Source: Lentimicrobiaceae bacterium (GTDB taxonomy: Bacteria; Bacteroidota; Bacteroidia; Bacteroidales; UBA4417). From it: a DNA stretch of 64,000 nucleotides. Below are positions 49,608 to 59,374 of this stretch, piece by piece. Both the position numbers and the translations under genes were made by a program. The stretch covers positions 12,450 to 76,449 of the forward strand of contig JAQVEX010000003.1 in the NCBI GenBank assembly GCA_028697555.1, given 5' to 3'. The notes beneath the pieces were generated by a model that had not been told where the DNA came from, searched no databases, and saw nothing but the letters and a program-made list of their open reading frames with translations. The first letter of the stretch is position 1. Each line of letters opens with the position of its first letter.

Positions 49608-49780
49608 CTTGGCTGTTAGCTGTTAGCTCTTAGCCTTTAGCTGTTGGCAATGAGCAATGAGCAATGAGCAATGAGCAATGAACACCGAAACTTCGGGGTT
49701 AATTATTAATTGATAATTGTTAATTGAAAATTGCCACGCACCTCGAAACCCGCAACCCGCAACCCGTACCAACCACCACC
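49608..49780. repeat. mosaic heptamer-array intergenic element, copy F (type I)
   Basis: Order: GCTGTTA/GCTCTTA units, 5 x GCAATGA (49647-49681), hairpin CCGAAACTTCGG (49685-49696), TTAATTA/TTAATTG/ATAATTG units, CCACGCACC, CCGCAAC x2-3, then ACCAACCACCACC. Fills the whole spacer between the convergent hypothetical gene and udk. Confidence 0.95.
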
Positions 49781-50388
49781 TACTGTAGCTTCATCAAAAT
49801 GCCTGAAACAATCAAATCTATTGCGTTGTCGTTTTCGCCGCCTTGCGGGACGATAATATCTGCCAGACGCTTGCATGGCTCTATAAACTGCAAATGCATA
49901 GGTTTTACCCATTTATAGTAGTGTTCTAAGACTTGCTCTACAGAGCGTCCTCTTTCAACAGTGTCACGTCCGATAATTCTGGCGAGTCTATCGTCGCTTT
50001 CGGCATCAACAAAGACTTTTAGGTCTAACAAATCTACCAATTTTCTATTTGTAAAAACCATTATGCCTTCTATAATAATTATATCGCTGGGCAAAACTGT
50101 TATTGTTTCGGTTAAACGCGAAGAGGTAATATATGAATATGTAGGCATTTCAATTGCCTTTCCGTTGCGCAACTGTTTTACGTGCTCTATCAACAATGAC
50201 CATTCAAAAGAATCGGGGTGGTCGAAATTTACGTTCAGTTTTTCCTGAGCCGTCAGATGCGAACTATCTTTATAGTAAGAATCTAACGATATTGTTGAAA
50301 TAGAATCGGTTGGTAGTTGTTTTACAATTTTTCTAACCACCGTAGTTTTACCACTACCTGAGCCACCGGCAACACCAATAATAAACAT
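49780..50388 (-). CDS. udk: uridine kinase
   Basis: 202 aa. P-loop GVAGGSGSGKTT and the NFDHPDSFE motif. Confidence 0.92.
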   Translation of the reverse strand: MFIIGVAGGSGSGKTTVVRKIVKQLPTDSISTISLDSYYKDSSHLTAQEKLNVNFDHPDSFEWSLLIEHVKQLRNGKAIEMPTYSYITSSRLTETITVLPSDIIIIEGIMVFTNRKLVDLLDLKVFVDAESDDRLARIIGRDTVERGRSVEQVLEHYYKWVKPMHLQFIEPCKRLADIIVPQGGENDNAIDLIVSGILMKLQ

Positions 50389-50428
50389 AATCGTATATTT
50401 ATAATAGTTATTAAGACAATTTACAATT

Positions 50429-51589
50429 TTATCCTAAAAAGCTCAAAAGTACACCGGCAGCAACTGCACTACCAATAACTCCTGCAACATTAGGTCCCAT
50501 AGCGTGCATTAGCAAGTGATTGCTTTTATCGTACTCCTGACCAATAACTTGCGATATTCTGGCACTATCGGGAACAGCAGAAACTCCAGAGTTACCAATA
50601 AGAGGATTAATTTTATTTCCTTCTTTCAGGAATAAGTTAAAGATTTTAACAAATAATACACCTGCAGAAGTAGCCAAAATGAATGAGATTGCGCCTATTA
50701 TAAAAATACCAAGTGATTTTGGACTTAAAAAAGTTGTAGCTTGAGTTGAAGCTCCAACTGTTAATCCTAATAATATAGTAACAATATCGACAATAGGTCC
50801 TTTTGCGGTATCGGCTAAACGTTTGGTAACCGTGCTTTCTTTTAATAGGTTACCAAAGAACAACATTCCTAACAGAGGTAACCCTGACGGAACTATAAAA
50901 GTAGTAAGCAAAAGCCCCATAATTGGGAACATGATTTTTTCAATTTTAGAAACACTCCTTGGTGGTTTCATACGTATAAGTCTTTCTTTTTTGGTAGTGA
51001 AAGCACGCATGATAGGAGGTTGAAAAACCGGTACAAGTGCCATGTACGAATACGCCGATATTGCAATAGCACCCATTAAGTCGGGAGCTAATTTAGATGA
51101 AAGAAATATAGCTGTAGGTCCGTCGGCTCCGCCTATAATACCTATAGCACCTGCTTCGGCAGGCGAAAAACCTAACATTAAAGCAGCTGTGTAAGCTCCA
51201 AAAATACCAAACTGAGCAGCTGCTCCGATTAGCATTAGTTTTGGGTTAGATATAAGTGCCGAAAAATCTGTCATGGCTCCTATACCCAAAAATATCAGAG
51301 GAGGATAAACCCCTTTAATAACACCAAAATATAAATAATTTAGCACGCTACCCGACTCGTAAATCCCAAGTTGTAAGCCCGGCACAAAAGCAATATTACC
51401 AATCAAAATACCGAAACCTATAGGTACTAGTAGAAGTGGCTCAAACTCTTTTATTATTCCTAAATATAAAAAAAACAGTCCGAAACAAATCATAATGATA
51501 TGCCCCGAAGTCATATTGGCAAAAGCCGTGAAATTTAAAAACTCTCGTAAATTATTTAGGATAAAACTTATAAAACTTACATCTTCCAT
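50429..51589 (-). CDS. sodium ion-translocating decarboxylase, beta subunit (MmdB/OadB family)
   Basis: 386 aa polytopic membrane protein with the conserved GIIGGADGPT and NPLIGNSGVSAVP blocks of OadB/MmdB. Confidence 0.9.
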   Translation of the reverse strand: MEDVSFISFILNNLREFLNFTAFANMTSGHIIMICFGLFFLYLGIIKEFEPLLLVPIGFGILIGNIAFVPGLQLGIYESGSVLNYLYFGVIKGVYPPLIFLGIGAMTDFSALISNPKLMLIGAAAQFGIFGAYTAALMLGFSPAEAGAIGIIGGADGPTAIFLSSKLAPDLMGAIAISAYSYMALVPVFQPPIMRAFTTKKERLIRMKPPRSVSKIEKIMFPIMGLLLTTFIVPSGLPLLGMLFFGNLLKESTVTKRLADTAKGPIVDIVTILLGLTVGASTQATTFLSPKSLGIFIIGAISFILATSAGVLFVKIFNLFLKEGNKINPLIGNSGVSAVPDSARISQVIGQEYDKSNHLLMHAMGPNVAGVIGSAVAAGVLLSFLG

Positions 51590-51594
51590 ATCTA

Positions 51595-52023
51595 CTAGCC
51601 TCCTATTTCAACTAATACATCACCTTCCATAACCGAATCTCCTTTTTTGAAGAAGACCTTTTTAATTGTTCCGTCTGACGGTGAATCTATGTTATTTTCC
51701 ATTTTCATAGCTTCTAACAAAATAAGTCGGTCGCCCTTCTTAACAACGCTACCTTCGCTTACAAAAATATCAAGTATAACGCCTGGCAAGGGAGATTTAA
51801 GTTTGGTTTCGGCAGTCGTTGTAGATGTTTCTGCCACCGGAGTAATCCCACTTGTAGGTTTAGGACTTCTGACAAGTTTTGGGGTTTTGGTTGGTGTTAA
51901 CTGACGGTCAATTTCGACTTTATACTTAGTACCGTTTACTTCTATCTTAGCAATATTGTCTTCAATTTTTAAAATTTCAGCATCGTAAATATTGCCGTTT
52001 ATAGTAAATTTGAATTTTTTCAT
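51595..52023 (-). CDS. biotin carboxyl carrier subunit of the decarboxylase (MmdC-like)
   Basis: 142 aa. P/T-rich linker and a biotinyl domain with EAMKMEN. Confidence 0.88.
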   Translation of the reverse strand: MKKFKFTINGNIYDAEILKIEDNIAKIEVNGTKYKVEIDRQLTPTKTPKLVRSPKPTSGITPVAETSTTTAETKLKSPLPGVILDIFVSEGSVVKKGDRLILLEAMKMENNIDSPSDGTIKKVFFKKGDSVMEGDVLVEIGG

Positions 52024-52057
52024 TTATGTTATTATTTCTATTTATTTAAGCCTATAA

Positions 52058-52942
52058 TTATTCTCTCGGATTTTTAGTTAATCCATATATTTTTGAACTC
52101 CAAGGCGAATACGTTCTTGTTACTTTTTTAATTGTTAAAATAGTGTTCTCATTGTCGTGTATAGAACTTGAGTGCAAGTGTAACGCCATTGAAATAGCTG
52201 CCGTAACCTCACCTGATATGTCGGGAACAACAGTAGGTTGTACTTCCGGCTTATTTTTCTTCGATTTAAAAAGTCCTTTTATATCTATTGAGTACAATCT
52301 TTTAGTGTTTTTAAATAGAAGGTACAATAGGATAAGAGATATAAAAACAACGCTCATTGCAACAATAGCCATCCCTACTCCATAAGGATCCATTTTTAAG
52401 AACATTTCATTCTTGGTAATAACTTTTCCCACAAAGTTGCTGGCTTTAGGTGTTGTTTTTTCTAACATACCAAATTCTGCTCCACCGTCAAGTAATCTAC
52501 CATATGTAACATCTGGGATTTGTTCGCCAAAAATAATTTCATCTACTTTGGTTCTACCGTTGACATCGTACAAAGCAATGTAATTGGTTTCGGTGAGCGT
52601 AAAATTAAGGTGCAAAATTCCATGTGTTTCCTTAGCATCGGCATAGAAAACAACGAAATTTCGCGGTGGAATTAAGGTTCTGGGGTCGCCTGGAGGTATC
52701 CAGTACTTAGTAGGATTTGTAGAATCGTTAGTTAGATACATTCCGCCCATATCAACATAGTTATAATCAGCATTAAATATTTCTATCCAACCAACACGCT
52801 CGCCGTAATCATCAATATAATTAGTTTCGTTGTGAACTAATATCTCGTTTATAAATAACTCTTTGACAACCTGCGCATTAGCAACAAAGGCAAAAGTTAA
52901 CAAAATAGTTACAAATACAGATTTTAAAATACTTCTATTCAT
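52058..52942 (-). CDS. lamin-tail-domain / OadG-like (decarboxylase gamma/delta subunit) fusion protein
   Basis: 294 aa. Signal peptide, N-terminal LTD-like region (INEILVHNETNYIDDYGERVGWIEIFN), then an OadG-like TM segment (GVGMAIVAMSVVFISLILLYLLF) and the Bacteroidota-type tail EVTAAISMALHLH...YSPWSSKIYGL. Confidence 0.65.
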   Translation of the reverse strand: MNRSILKSVFVTILLTFAFVANAQVVKELFINEILVHNETNYIDDYGERVGWIEIFNADYNYVDMGGMYLTNDSTNPTKYWIPPGDPRTLIPPRNFVVFYADAKETHGILHLNFTLTETNYIALYDVNGRTKVDEIIFGEQIPDVTYGRLLDGGAEFGMLEKTTPKASNFVGKVITKNEMFLKMDPYGVGMAIVAMSVVFISLILLYLLFKNTKRLYSIDIKGLFKSKKNKPEVQPTVVPDISGEVTAAISMALHLHSSSIHDNENTILTIKKVTRTYSPWSSKIYGLTKNPRE

Positions 52943-54501
52943 TACAACGGTAGATTTGAATGTTTTTTAGGAGGATTTATAACTTTTTTTGTGGCTAATG
53001 CTTGGAAAGCTCTGATAACTCTAAAACGTGTGTTACGTGGCTCTATAACGTCTTCGATATAACCATAGCTGGCAGCGTCGTAAGGATTTGCAAATTTATC
53101 TTTGTATTCCTCTTCGTATTGTGCTGTCATTTTCTCTCTTTCTTCCTCAGTTTCTAATTCCCTAATATTTTTGTTATACAAAATTTCTATAGCGCCTTTA
53201 GGTCCCATAACGGCAATTTCAGCGGTGGGCCACGCGTAGTTGATATCGCCTCTTAAATGTTGCGAACTCATAACACAATATGCGCCTCCGTATGCCTTAC
53301 GCAAAATAACAGTAACCTTAGGAACTGTGGCTTCGCCGTACGCATACAAGAGTTTTGCTCCGTGAATAATAATTCCACCGTATTCTTGTGCTGTTCCGGG
53401 TAAGAATCCAGGCACATCTACCAAGGTAAGCAGTGGTATATTAAAGGCGTCGCAAAAGCGTACAAATCGGGCTGCCTTACGCGAAGCGTTAATATCTAAA
53501 ACACCAGCCAAATAGCTTGGTTGGTTTGCAACAATACCAACGGGCATACCGTTGAAACGTGCATAACCGGTAATAATATTAGGTGCATAATGACGAGCTA
53601 CTTCTAAAAATTCTTGCTCATCAACTATAGCATGAATTACATCTAATACATCGTAAGGCTTGTTAGGATTTTCGGGTATTATATAGTTTAAACTATCGTC
53701 TAATCTGTCTATTGGGTCGGTACATGGAATAATTGGCGGGTCTTCCAAGTTGTTTTGAGGCAAATAGCTAAGTATTTTTCTAATCAGCATTAAGCCTTCT
53801 TCTTCGTCGTCGGCAATAAAGTGGCTTACACCCGACTTACTACCGTGCACCATAGCACCGCCAAGTTCGTTCTCATCAACTACCTCGCCTGTAACGGTTT
53901 TAACAACTTTAGGTCCGGTAACAAACATGTAGCTGTTTGATTTTGACATGATGATGTAGTCGGTAAGAGCCGGACTATAAACCGCTCCACCTGCGCAAGG
54001 TCCAAAAATAGCCGATATTTGGGGAATAACTCCACTTGCCAAAATATTACGCTGGAATATCTCGGCGTAGCCTGCCAAACTCTGTACTCCTTCTTGGATA
54101 CGTGCACCACCCGAATCGTTGATGCCAATAACAGGAGCACCCGAACGCATGGCGTGATCCATTACTTTGCATATTTTTTTGGCGTACATCTCGCTAAGGG
54201 AACCTCCGAAAATGGTAAAGTCTTGAGAAAACACGTAAACCAAACGACCGTCGATAGTGCCGTAGCCTGTAATAACTCCGTCGGTTAGGTATTTTTCGTT
54301 TTCAATACCAAAATCTCTACAGCGGTGGGTTACAAACATATCAAATTCTTCGAAGCTACCTTCGTCTAAGAGAATATTAATACGTTCGCGTGCTGTAAAT
54401 TTTCCTTTGGCGTGTTGTTTTTCGATTCTTTTTTCGCCACCACCAAGCATTGCTTTTTCACGCTTGGCGATTAAATTTTTCATTTTATCTTCAATAGCCA
54501 T
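52942..54501 (-). CDS. methylmalonyl-CoA decarboxylase alpha subunit / acyl-CoA carboxyltransferase
   Basis: 519 aa. Two crotonase-like carboxyltransferase halves ([36 protein letters not shown]). Confidence 0.9.
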   Translation of the reverse strand: MAIEDKMKNLIAKREKAMLGGGEKRIEKQHAKGKFTARERINILLDEGSFEEFDMFVTHRCRDFGIENEKYLTDGVITGYGTIDGRLVYVFSQDFTIFGGSLSEMYAKKICKVMDHAMRSGAPVIGINDSGGARIQEGVQSLAGYAEIFQRNILASGVIPQISAIFGPCAGGAVYSPALTDYIIMSKSNSYMFVTGPKVVKTVTGEVVDENELGGAMVHGSKSGVSHFIADDEEEGLMLIRKILSYLPQNNLEDPPIIPCTDPIDRLDDSLNYIIPENPNKPYDVLDVIHAIVDEQEFLEVARHYAPNIITGYARFNGMPVGIVANQPSYLAGVLDINASRKAARFVRFCDAFNIPLLTLVDVPGFLPGTAQEYGGIIIHGAKLLYAYGEATVPKVTVILRKAYGGAYCVMSSQHLRGDINYAWPTAEIAVMGPKGAIEILYNKNIRELETEEEREKMTAQYEEEYKDKFANPYDAASYGYIEDVIEPRNTRFRVIRAFQALATKKVINPPKKHSNLPL

Positions 54502-54506
54502 AACAA

Positions 54507-54917
54507 TTATTTATTCTTATCTTCGCAAAATTCTGTGAGTACTCCGTGGGTAAATTTAGGATGCAAGAATCCTATGCTTAAGCCTTCGGCTCCTTTTCGT
54601 GGGACTTCGTCAATTAGTCTGACGCCTTTTTCTTTGGCTTCCGACAAGGCTCCTTCAATATTATCGACTGCAAAAGCAATGTGATGAACGCCTTCGCCCT
54701 TATTGGCTAAAAATTTACCTACAGGCCCTTCGGGGTCGGTGCTTTCTAAAAGCTCAATTTTCGTTTGTCCGACTTTAAAAAAAGCCGTCTTAACTTTTTG
54801 ATCGGCTACTTCTTCGATGGCGTAGCATTTTAAGCCTAAAACGCCTTCCCAATATGGTAAGCTTTCTTCTATACTTTTTACTGCAATACCAATATGTTCA
54901 ATATGTTTGATGTTCAT
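54507..54917 (-). CDS. methylmalonyl-CoA epimerase (VOC/glyoxalase fold)
   Basis: [18 protein letters not shown]...[11 protein letters not shown]... Start placed at the internal ATG (54917), because the 28-aa upstream extension is hydrophobic junk that overlaps the neighbouring gene. Confidence 0.85.
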   Translation of the reverse strand: MNIKHIEHIGIAVKSIEESLPYWEGVLGLKCYAIEEVADQKVKTAFFKVGQTKIELLESTDPEGPVGKFLANKGEGVHHIAFAVDNIEGALSEAKEKGVRLIDEVPRKGAEGLSIGFLHPKFTHGVLTEFCEDKNK

Positions 54918-54997
54918 AATAAAATTTGTTAATTTTGTTTGTGGCAAAGTTATATCTTTTTTGTTTAAATAATAGCAAATTTGAAAAAAGATTATTA

Positions 54998-55732
54998 TCA
55001 AAGCATACGTTTCTCACAATCAACCTGCTTGGGTACTATCTGAATTCTTTCGGTATTTTCAATCCTCCATGAATATGCTGTCATTATTTCGGTTAATATG
55101 GTTTGCATTTGCGATGCAGCATATTCTTTAAGTCCACTCTGATTGACCGCATTTTCTAATTGCTTTTTGCCTTCGTACTGTATTTTGTTTATATCTTCGG
55201 GCTTTATTGGATTAAATATATTGTTTTCGATATTGTAATATTTGTAATCGGTTTCTAATGAAATTATTTCGGGTTCGGGAAAGGATATAATCGTAATCTT
55301 TCTTTGTGGCTCGCTAGCTTTCCAGACAAATTTTTCAAAATCGTAGCCTATCAATACCTTAGCCTTAACTACAACCAAAGCTCTTTTTACATTTGGAATA
55401 ATTTTGAAATACATTTTGTTTTCCTCGTAATTGAATATTTCTTGTAGTTGTCCCTCGGTAGTAACAATTTTAAACACCTTTTTCATGCCCTCAACCACTG
55501 TATTAGTATCAATTTTTACCGTAGCTATTTCTGCAGATTTTTTACCTCTCTTGTAAGCGAAGTAAAACAAAATTCCAACTAAAGCAAGGTTAACTGCAAG
55601 AATTTCAATCAATCTCCATAAACTAATTTTTGTAATACTTGGTAATATTATGGTTGCAAGTATGTTTAGAGCTAACAAAATAAGAACCATTGTTAATAAT
55701 GTTACCCTTGATTTTTCATTTTTTGCTTTCAT
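54998..55732 (-). CDS. DUF4230-like membrane-anchored protein
   Basis: 244 aa. N-terminal TM helices, then a pattern (KIVTTEGQLQEIFNYEE...ALVVVKAKVLIGYDFEK) resembling DUF4230. Assignment from recall. Confidence 0.5.
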   Translation of the reverse strand: MKAKNEKSRVTLLTMVLILLALNILATIILPSITKISLWRLIEILAVNLALVGILFYFAYKRGKKSAEIATVKIDTNTVVEGMKKVFKIVTTEGQLQEIFNYEENKMYFKIIPNVKRALVVVKAKVLIGYDFEKFVWKASEPQRKITIISFPEPEIISLETDYKYYNIENNIFNPIKPEDINKIQYEGKKQLENAVNQSGLKEYAASQMQTILTEIMTAYSWRIENTERIQIVPKQVDCEKRML

Positions 55733-55744
55733 AGCCGTAAAAAA

Positions 55745-56551
55745 TTATATGAAATTATTGCAGCACCTAAGTGCAAAATGTTTAATTGCTTTAAAAGTTA
55801 CTTCGGGAGCCTCGATGTATCCCATATGTCCGACATCTTCCAACAAAAGTATTTCGCTATGCGAAGGAAGTATTGCCTGAGCAAACAGTCTGTCGTACGA
55901 CATTCTGGCGTCTTGTTTACCAATAATAAATAAAATAGGCATTTCGGCAAGCAATAATAAATCCAAGCTGTCTTTTCTATCGCGTATTCCCGCTATAGAA
56001 GCTATAACAGCCTCTTTACTCATTTTTAAGGCTTCTTGCTTTGCCGAATTAATTTGCTCGGTGTATTTATCTACATGCTTTTTATCGAACAAGTTGGGAA
56101 TGAAGTCTAAGATGAATCCTTCTCGGTTTGCCTCAACAATATTTATCATCCTCCTTCTGTTTTCTGTTTGTCTTTCGGTATCTGACGTTGCCGACGAATG
56201 AAATAACACCAATCCGATAACAGCTTCGGGCATTTGTTTTGCTACTTGCAAAGCTGCGTATCCGCCCATTGAATGTCCGCAAATAACAAATTGTTTAACA
56301 TTTTCTGCTTCGACAATTTGCTTTACAATATCAGCAATAAGTTCCATGCTACTTATAGTGTCAACCAATTGGCTTTCGCCATGACCCGGCAAATCGGGAG
56401 CTATCACCAAAAAATCGGATTTCAGTTTTGATATAAAATCGTTCCATATTTTTTTTGTCCCCATAAAACCGTGAAGCAATATAATGCAATTGCCAGTACC
56501 TTCAACGTTGTAGGATATTGTTTTTTCTTTATATGTTATTGTTTTGGTCAT
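55745..56551 (-). CDS. alpha/beta hydrolase
   Basis: 268 aa. HGF oxyanion motif (ILLHGFMG) and nucleophile elbow GHSMGG. Confidence 0.85.
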   Translation of the reverse strand: MTKTITYKEKTISYNVEGTGNCIILLHGFMGTKKIWNDFISKLKSDFLVIAPDLPGHGESQLVDTISSMELIADIVKQIVEAENVKQFVICGHSMGGYAALQVAKQMPEAVIGLVLFHSSATSDTERQTENRRRMINIVEANREGFILDFIPNLFDKKHVDKYTEQINSAKQEALKMSKEAVIASIAGIRDRKDSLDLLLLAEMPILFIIGKQDARMSYDRLFAQAILPSHSEILLLEDVGHMGYIEAPEVTFKAIKHFALRCCNNFI

Positions 56552-56702
56552 ATAAAAGACGTTATATTTCCATTCGAAATATTTGTCGGCAAATGTAATA
56601 TTTTGTTTCTAATTTTTAGATATAATTTAATTAATAATTAGCAAATAAATTTATAAAAATAACTTACCTTTGTTACCTCAAACAATTTAAACCTCAAACA
56701 TT

Positions 56703-58112
56703 GTGAAAATATTTAGAAACATTTTATTAATCGGTTTTACGGCTTTAATAATGTTCCAAACAGGGAATATTAAGTGCCAAACGGTAAACAGTTACGATTA
56801 TCAAAAAATAGACATAAAACCCATTGAGTTGCCAGTACCCGACAGACCCGAAGGTGTAACAGACGTGTTGGGTCTGGCTTGTGAACCTATTCCGCTTGTA
56901 AGGGTTGGAATAATAGGTTTAGGTATGCGTGGATATATGGCAGTTGATAGATTTAGATATATTGAAGGTGCCGAAATTGTTGCTTTATGTGATTTGTATC
57001 CCGAGAGAGTTGAACAATCGGAAGAACTTTGGCATAAAGTGAGAGACAATAAAGTTTACGGGTACAGCGGACAATATGGCTGGCGTGAAGTATGCGAACG
57101 AAACGACGTTGATTTGGTGTACATTTGTACTCCTTGGGATAGCCACGTTGAAATGGCTTTGTATGCGATGGAAAAGGGAAAGCACGTTGCTTTGGAAGTC
57201 CCTGCTGCAATGACTGTTGAAGGATGTTGGCAATTGGTAGATATGGCGGAAAAAACTCGCAAACATTGTATTATGTTAGAAAACTGCTGCTACGACTTTT
57301 TTGAGCTTGCTACACTGAACATGGCTCAAAACGGTGTGTTTGGCGAAATTATGCACGTAGAAGGTGCTTACATTCACGACCTTAGAGATTTGCAGTTTTT
57401 GCCCGAAAAAGATGGCGGTTATCAAGGCAAATGGCGTATTAATCATAATGCGGTACATACGGGAAATCCCTACCCTACTCATGGATTAGGTCCTGTTTGT
57501 CAGATTCTTGACATTCACCGTGGCGACAAAATGGAATACTTGGTTTCAATGTCAACAAAACAAAAAGGCATAACCGAATATACTACCGAAAAATACGGCG
57601 AGAATTCGGCGGAAGCCAAACGCCACTATGAGCTTGGAGATATGAATAACACCATCATTTACACAAATAAAGGCAAAACCATTCTTATACAGCATGATAT
57701 AACTAGTCCGCGCCCATATAACCGACTGCATACCATAAGCGGCACTAAGGGTTTTGCTCAAAAATATCCTATAAAGCAAATTGCTCTTGAGCCAAATGCT
57801 CATAAAAGACTTAACGACTCTACAATGAATGCTTTGCTTGAAAAGTGGGAACATCCTTTTGTAAGCGAAATCGGCAACAAAGCCAAAGAAGTTGGTGGAC
57901 ACGGCGGTATGGATTTTATTATGGACTATCGTTTGATTTATTGCTTAAACAAAGGTCTTCCTTTAGACCAAGACGTTTACGACGCTGCTGAGTGGTCGTG
58001 CATAGTCGAGCTGTCGGAAATATCGGCAAGAAATTATAGTGTTCCCGTTGCAATCCCTGATTTTACAAGGGGTGCATGGAACAAGCTGAAAGGATACAAA
58101 CAACATCATTAA
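56703..58112 (+). CDS. glycoside hydrolase family 109 (NAD-dependent alpha-N-acetylgalactosaminidase-like; Gfo/Idh/MocA fold)
   Basis: 469 aa, GTG start, signal peptide. Colinear with my recollection of Elizabethkingia GH109 NagA (VGIIGLGMRG, CTPWDSH, LENCCYD, GNPYPTHGLGP, GGHGGMDF, IPDFTRGAWN). Confidence 0.8.
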   Translation: MKIFRNILLIGFTALIMFQTGNIKCQTVNSYDYQKIDIKPIELPVPDRPEGVTDVLGLACEPIPLVRVGIIGLGMRGYMAVDRFRYIEGAEIVALCDLYPERVEQSEELWHKVRDNKVYGYSGQYGWREVCERNDVDLVYICTPWDSHVEMALYAMEKGKHVALEVPAAMTVEGCWQLVDMAEKTRKHCIMLENCCYDFFELATLNMAQNGVFGEIMHVEGAYIHDLRDLQFLPEKDGGYQGKWRINHNAVHTGNPYPTHGLGPVCQILDIHRGDKMEYLVSMSTKQKGITEYTTEKYGENSAEAKRHYELGDMNNTIIYTNKGKTILIQHDITSPRPYNRLHTISGTKGFAQKYPIKQIALEPNAHKRLNDSTMNALLEKWEHPFVSEIGNKAKEVGGHGGMDFIMDYRLIYCLNKGLPLDQDVYDAAEWSCIVELSEISARNYSVPVAIPDFTRGAWNKLKGYKQHH

Positions 58113-58140
58113 TCAACAATTAATTTTCTTTTTAATAGAT

Positions 58141-59232
58141 ATGTACGACAAACAAACACTGAAATCTATTGCAGAAAAATTCTACATTCAAGATAGTATT
58201 ACCAATATTAAAGACAATGCTGCAGGTTTTATTAACGATACGTTTTTTCTGAACGGCGAAAAACGAAATTACATCTTGCAACGCAAAAACTCTTACGTTT
58301 TTAGCGATATAAAAGGCATGATGAACAATATTCTCGGTGTTACCGAACATATAAAAAGCAAACTTGTTAGTCAGAATAAAGACCCCGAAAAAGGCACTAT
58401 TACCTTGTTCAAAACAAAAGACGAACTGCCCTACTACATTGACGACAATGGCGAGTATTGGTCTTTGTTTTTGTTTATAGATGATACAATAACACACAAC
58501 GAAGTCAGCAATTTAAAAATAGCTTACAACGCAGGTGTAGCAACCGGCGAGTGGCAATATATGCTCAGTGATTACACAAAACCTTTGGCGGAAGTTTTAC
58601 CCGGATTTCACGACATGGCTTTCCGCTTTGAGCAATGGAACGAATGCATCAGTAACAACTTTGCTAATCGCATTGAATCGGTTAAGGACTTGGTGTTTGA
58701 AATTGAAAGTCGCAGAAATGATATTTTAAATATTAGAAAGCATTTCGACGACAATAGTATTCCCAAACGCGTTTCGCACAACGATACGAAAATTAGCAAT
58801 TTTTTATTCGATAGTCAGGACAATGTTGTTGCTCTTATTGATTTGGATACTGTTATGCGATTGTCGGTTCTGTTCGATTACGGAGATGCTATTCGTTCGT
58901 ACGTTAACACTGCTGCCGAAGATGAGCCCAACACCGACGCCGTAAACGTAGATTTCGATATTTTTAAATCGTACACCGAAGGCTACCTTAAATACGGAAA
59001 ACTATTTTTAAACAACACCGAAATAGAAAACCTGTTAAATTCGGCTATTTACATAGTATATGAACAAACTTTACGCTTTTTGGTCGATTACATAGACGGC
59101 GATAAATACTACAAAATATCATATCCCGAGCATAATTTGGTCAGAACTAAAGCCCAACTCAAATTGCTTAAAACGTTGGAGTTGAATAGAAATAGGTTGC
59201 TTGACATTGTTTACAAAGCAATCAGTGATTAG
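58141..59232 (+). CDS. N-acetylhexosamine 1-kinase-like phosphotransferase (APH fold, NahK-like)
   Basis: 363 aa. RVSHNDTKISNFLFD, LIDLDTVM and FDYGDAIR catalytic motifs, and a C-terminal YPEHNLVRTKAQLKLL block that matches Bifidobacterium NahK as I recall it. Confidence 0.7.
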   Translation: MYDKQTLKSIAEKFYIQDSITNIKDNAAGFINDTFFLNGEKRNYILQRKNSYVFSDIKGMMNNILGVTEHIKSKLVSQNKDPEKGTITLFKTKDELPYYIDDNGEYWSLFLFIDDTITHNEVSNLKIAYNAGVATGEWQYMLSDYTKPLAEVLPGFHDMAFRFEQWNECISNNFANRIESVKDLVFEIESRRNDILNIRKHFDDNSIPKRVSHNDTKISNFLFDSQDNVVALIDLDTVMRLSVLFDYGDAIRSYVNTAAEDEPNTDAVNVDFDIFKSYTEGYLKYGKLFLNNTEIENLLNSAIYIVYEQTLRFLVDYIDGDKYYKISYPEHNLVRTKAQLKLLKTLELNRNRLLDIVYKAISD

Positions 59233-59372
59233 TGGTTGGTGGTCGGGGTTGGGGTTAGTTCTGAGTTATGAGTTATGAGTTACGAGTTACGAGTTCTGAG
59301 TGTCAAAACTCCAGACTCAAAACTCGAAACTCGAAACTCACACGCAACACACAACTAATAACGCTTTATAAC
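59233..59372. repeat. mosaic heptamer-array intergenic element, copy G (type II, long imperfect hairpin)
   Basis: Order: TGGTTGGTGGTCGGGGTTGGGGTTAG, GAGTTAT/GAGTTAC/GAGTTCT heptamers, complementary CTCAAAACTCGAAACTCGAAACTC, then CACGCAACACACAAC. Fills the spacer between the convergent NahK-like and M20 genes. Confidence 0.9.
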
Positions 59373-59374
59373 CA

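Noticed and set aside
49706-49918. ORFs 49706-49912 (-) and 49724-49918 (+)
   Set aside because: They span repeat copy F and the 3' end of udk in wrong frames or on the wrong strand, and they have no coding signature.
54918-55001. 5' extension of the methylmalonyl-CoA epimerase ORF
   Set aside because: The 28 extra residues (MIIIFFQICYYLNKKDITLPQTKLTNFI) are not epimerase-like and overlap the stop region of the upstream DUF4230-like gene. [13 protein letters not shown] is a canonical VOC N-terminus.
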